Assembly (NCBI GenBank): GCA_965287045.1
Contig: OZ336882.1
Coordinates: 57,350,001 to 57,414,000 of the forward strand
Origin: Carcharhinus amblyrhynchos
Taxonomy: Eukaryota
Reading direction: 5' to 3'
DNA length: 64,000 nucleotides
Positions 60,409-64,000 of this stretch are shown one piece after another. The notes below the pieces were generated by a model. It had not been told where the DNA came from. It worked only from the letters and a program-made list of their open reading frames with translations, and did not search any database. Every line of letters begins with the position of its first letter. Positions within the stretch are counted from its first letter, which is position 1. The translations under genes and the position numbers were made by a program.

Positions 60409-60871
60409 GAGCTAAAAGAAGAGTGCTTTCCTGAAAACATTGATGAGTTTGTTACTGTTGATGAGGTGGGTGATGTAGAAGCTGGGAATTTAGATCTTGA
60501 AGATCTGATGTCTTGTGAAGATAACAGTAGTAAATTAGAAAATGATGACGCTGATGCAAGCATTCAAACAGAGAAATCAGAGGACACCAGTGAACAAAAA
60601 GACGAAGATGTGAACAAAGCTAAAAAAAAACGAGGTCGGAAGAGGGGCAAGAACATCAGAACTAAAGGTGACAAAAAAGATAGCGAAGAAACTGAAGTGA
60701 AGCAAGTTGCAGATGAAATGATTGAAAATAAGCTGGATGGTGATGAAAAGAGTGAAAATCAGGAAGATACTCCTTCATCGTGCGTAGAACCAGAAAGTAA
60801 GCGTGCTCGCTCAAGATCTCCTACTCCAGATGAGTACCGACTTGGACCATATCAGCCCAACAATCCTGTAG
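60409..60871 (+). CDS. MATR3: Matrin-3 coding exon 12 (FVTVDEVG, acidic region, PDEYRLGPYQPNNPV)
   Basis: ttcctatAG acceptor, TAG|GTAGGA donor. C-terminus matches human PDEYRIGPYQPNVPVG. 463 nt, phase 0 to 1. Confidence 0.93.
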
Positions 60872-62385
60872 GTAGGAAAAGATTGCACTACATTTAAATT
60901 TTACAAATGTTGAATTTTTTTTATTGCCTAGAGAATATTGTGCAATGTTCAGATAAGTTGGTATTTTATATTTTTTAAATAAATCTAATTCACAGAAATG
61001 TAAGGAATTTTACAGAGGGAGGCCATTCAGCTCATTGTACCTGCACTGGCTCTCCAAATGAACATTACGACAGTGCCGTTGTTCGGCTTTCCCCCATATC
61101 CTTGAACGCTTGCTAACCAAATAATCATCCAATACCTTAATTATATGTACCTCTGTTCTACATTCACAAATTCTGGTCACTGAAGCTATTTTAGCATCCC
61201 TCTCAGTCGCCTTCTACCTCATTTATATTCCCTTTGTTCTGCTACAGTCGTCTTCTTCTTCTTCTCCCCCCCCCCCATAGTATAAATTGTCTTTCTTCTT
61301 AGCTCTGGAACGAAGAAGGATCATCCAGAGTTGAAATTTGGCTCACTCTATTCTCTCTTGACCGATGCTGTCAGACTTGCTGAGATTCTCCACGTTTTAT
61401 ATTTGTTTCAGATTCCAGTATCAGTATTTTGCTTTTGTGTCAGTAAAGATGTATTGCTGTTGGCAATTAAAAGGACCCAAAGACTTGTGGTTTATATGAA
61501 CCCTAGTTCGTTAGATGTCGTGTAACTTCATGGTTCTTCAGCATCAGATTTGGTGGTACCCCAAAGATGCTAGAGAATCCATCTCCGAAGTTCCCAGATA
61601 AGAATTTTGCATTGCAATTGTGCAAAAGTGCTAACTTCCCTTGGACAATTGCTGTGCTGGGAACCATCTGACTAAGTAATTTAAATCTCCAGCTTTGGGA
61701 AGTTTAACTCCCGATAGTTACTCTGAGTTAGAAGAAATAAAACCACTTGTAACTGCAGCATAAGTATTTTAATCACCCAGACTGAGCCCCACACTCCAGA
61801 CCTCCAGCCCATGATTAACCAACACCAAGATATTCCCAAAAACCCCTCCTGAGCCACATGGAACTTTCTTCCTGGGTCAGTGGCCTGAGCAGAGCAGTAA
61901 ATGCCATCTGCTTACCTTCTCCCTAATGTGTCTGTTTCACTGGACATTTTAAACCCACCTGCTCTATAGCAGCTAGTGTGGACATGACCTCCAAGATCAC
62001 TGGAATGGTGTGGCGTTGCAGCCTTTGTGGACTCTTGCTTCAGGCTCCAAACAGCTTGACTAGTGGAGGTAAGTTTTCTAGAGCCGGTAAATTCCAGTGG
62101 GCCATGACTTAACTCCACTGGATGGAGTCGTGGCCTGATATCTTGTGCCCCTGTGGACCTCAATTGGGTGTGTAATGTCTGGTGCTTCAGTTCAAGAGTA
62201 TATAAATGATTACTCACTACAGTTCAAAGCTGCAGATAAGGTTTTTTTGGAACTTAGCAGAATTTGTAATTGGATGTTATTTTAGATCTTGTTTGCAGAT
62301 ATTAAAGGTTATTCATTGTTGGTAATGTATTTGCAGTAAGTGGCAATGACATCCTGCTATTAATTGTACTTTTTATTTATTGTAG

Positions 62386-62507
62386 GACTAGATTATGTGG
62401 TTCCAAAGACTGGATATTATTGCACGCTCTGCTGTCTTTTCTACACAAAGGAGGAAGTAGCAAAGAAAACGCATTGCAGCAGTCTGCCACATTATCAAAA
62501 ACTGAAG
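62386..62507 (+). CDS. MATR3: Matrin-3 coding exon 13 (ZnF2, matrin-type); final exon outside window
   Basis: [43 protein letters not shown] 62384-62385, AAG|GTAAGC, 122 nt. No stop codon reached. Confidence 0.96.
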
Positions 62508-62833
62508 GTAAGCTTCTGGCATCTCCTTGAGTTTTGTAATTTAAACTTAAATGCTTTGTGTGCTATTTTATAATGTTTTGATTTGTTTCCACACAAATAA
62601 GAAGTAGAATACACCATTTAACCCTCTAAGTCGCCATTGCCATTCAGTAAGACCATGGCTGATCTACTTCAGATTTCCTTAGTACCCAAATATCTGCCTA
62701 TTTCTGTCTGACTGAGCATCCACATCAGGGTGTAGAGGTCAAAAGATTCACAGTCCTTTGAATGCTGTAATATCCCTTCATACAAGTCCAAATGGCTGAG
62801 CCCTTATTCAGAAACTGTGGCCATAAATTCTTC

Positions 62834-63103
62834 GGGTGGCAAGTGGTTAGCTGCCTCAGCGCCAGAGAACCTGGGTTCGATTCCAGGCTTGGGTCACTGT
62901 CTATGTAGAGTCTGCACGTTCTCCCCATATCTGCATGAGCTTCCTCCGGTTTCCTCCCACAGTCTAAAAGATGTGCTGGTTAGGTGCTAAATTCTTCCTT
63001 GGTGTACCCAAACAGGCACCAGAGTGTGGTGACTGGGGGATTTTCACAGTAACTTAATTGCAGTGTTAATATAAGCCTACTTGTGACACTAGTAAATAAA
63101 CTT
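62834..63103 (+). mobile_element. V-SINE with type B tail, inserted into a minus-strand CR1 3' end
   Basis: Head with gggttcgattcc B-box; tail ..aagcctacttgtgacactagtaaataaact. Confidence 0.85.
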
Positions 63104-64000
63104 TTACATTCTCCATTAGAAATTGCCTTTTTATCATCTAATGTGGTCTATATTCTTCAGCCATCTAGAAAGGATGTTTTGCACCAACTGCCTTTACCAG
63201 GGTGATGTCAACTTGCAGGCTAGCTGGTCAGCTAAAATTAATATCATTGATCACAAAGTCCATTGTGGAAGAATATTTAGCTGTGGTATCCGAGACCTTA
63301 CCTCTCACACATCTCTGAGCTCTTGGCAAATTCCCTTCCATTGTTAGTCAGATACTTGCATGAGTTTCAAAAACAGTTTTGATCTACTTCTCCATGGTTT
63401 TGTCTGTAGTAACCTTTTTTGTCCTTGTGTATTATTGCAGAAAGATTAAATTGGGTGTATAACGTGTTGGATGAATGCATTTCTGGCTTTGTCCATATTT
63501 TTAGATCCTTGTTCAAGTCATGGTTACAATTGGAAGTTGTAGTATTCCTTGATACTACTTGTAGGTTTACGCACATTAATCTCTTAGAATTATCTTGTAT
63601 ATTCTTCATCACACCTGTATATTTTACAGAATTTTCAACATTTGACAAGGTGGGTAAGCAAACTGTGCAACTTTAAGACAGTTTGTTGTTTCCCCTCTTA
63701 TCCTCATCACATGATGCCAGTAGTACTTCTCAAGCACTGTGGACTAGAAACACATGGTTTTGATGGAGGTGATAAAATCATGCCCTGACTGGGTACACCA
63801 CTATCAAGCTTCATTTGTGCTTTTGGGATTAATCAAAAGCATAGCTATCGTGCTAGAGAATACATGACTAACCCTGAAATGGCTTTCTCCAGTTATTTCA
63901 TTATAGAACAATGAAAAGGACACAGAGAATGCACACCTTCACCTTGCTGTGTTAATGTGTCATTATGACAATTATTAACTCTTGCTAAAGACTTTCCCTG

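Noticed and set aside
1-64000. CRISPR arrays, rRNA genes or prokaryotic operons
   Set aside because: None seen; this is a spliceosomal-intron gene among vertebrate retroelements.

Overview
Eukaryotic, AT-rich genomic DNA, very probably from a shark (inferred from HE1/V-SINE-type SINEs, CR1/HER1 LINEs and Deu-type SINE remnants). The one clear gene is a plus-strand matrin-3 (MATR3). It has a CpG-island promoter at ~22.0-22.7 kb, candidate 5'-UTR exons, and 13 GT-AG coding exons from 32260 to 62507 that join in frame (2721 nt, 907 codons): N-terminal region, ZnF1, RRM1, RRM2, acidic region and ZnF2. The last exon lies beyond the window. The rest is nested retroelement debris (CR1, L2, RTE, Rex1/Babar, SINEs). 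The most striking structures are three insertions of a Penelope-like element (PLE) family at 7.3, 16.5-17.4 and 21.7 kb. All three have 12-bp target-site duplications, a minimal hammerhead-ribozyme motif and a shared internal end point. The two young copies form perfect fold-back arms (91 bp and 361 bp), and one retains a GIY-YIG endonuclease remnant. Other points of interest: a V-SINE subfamily whose tail matches the local Rex1/Babar 3' end, a complex inverted duplication at 14.8-15.8 kb, and a MATR3 protein with RBM20-like RSRSP and FVTVDEVG motifs but no recognisable PTBP1-binding GILGPPP motif. All family assignments come from recognising motifs by eye. No database search was run, and repeat boundaries are approximate.
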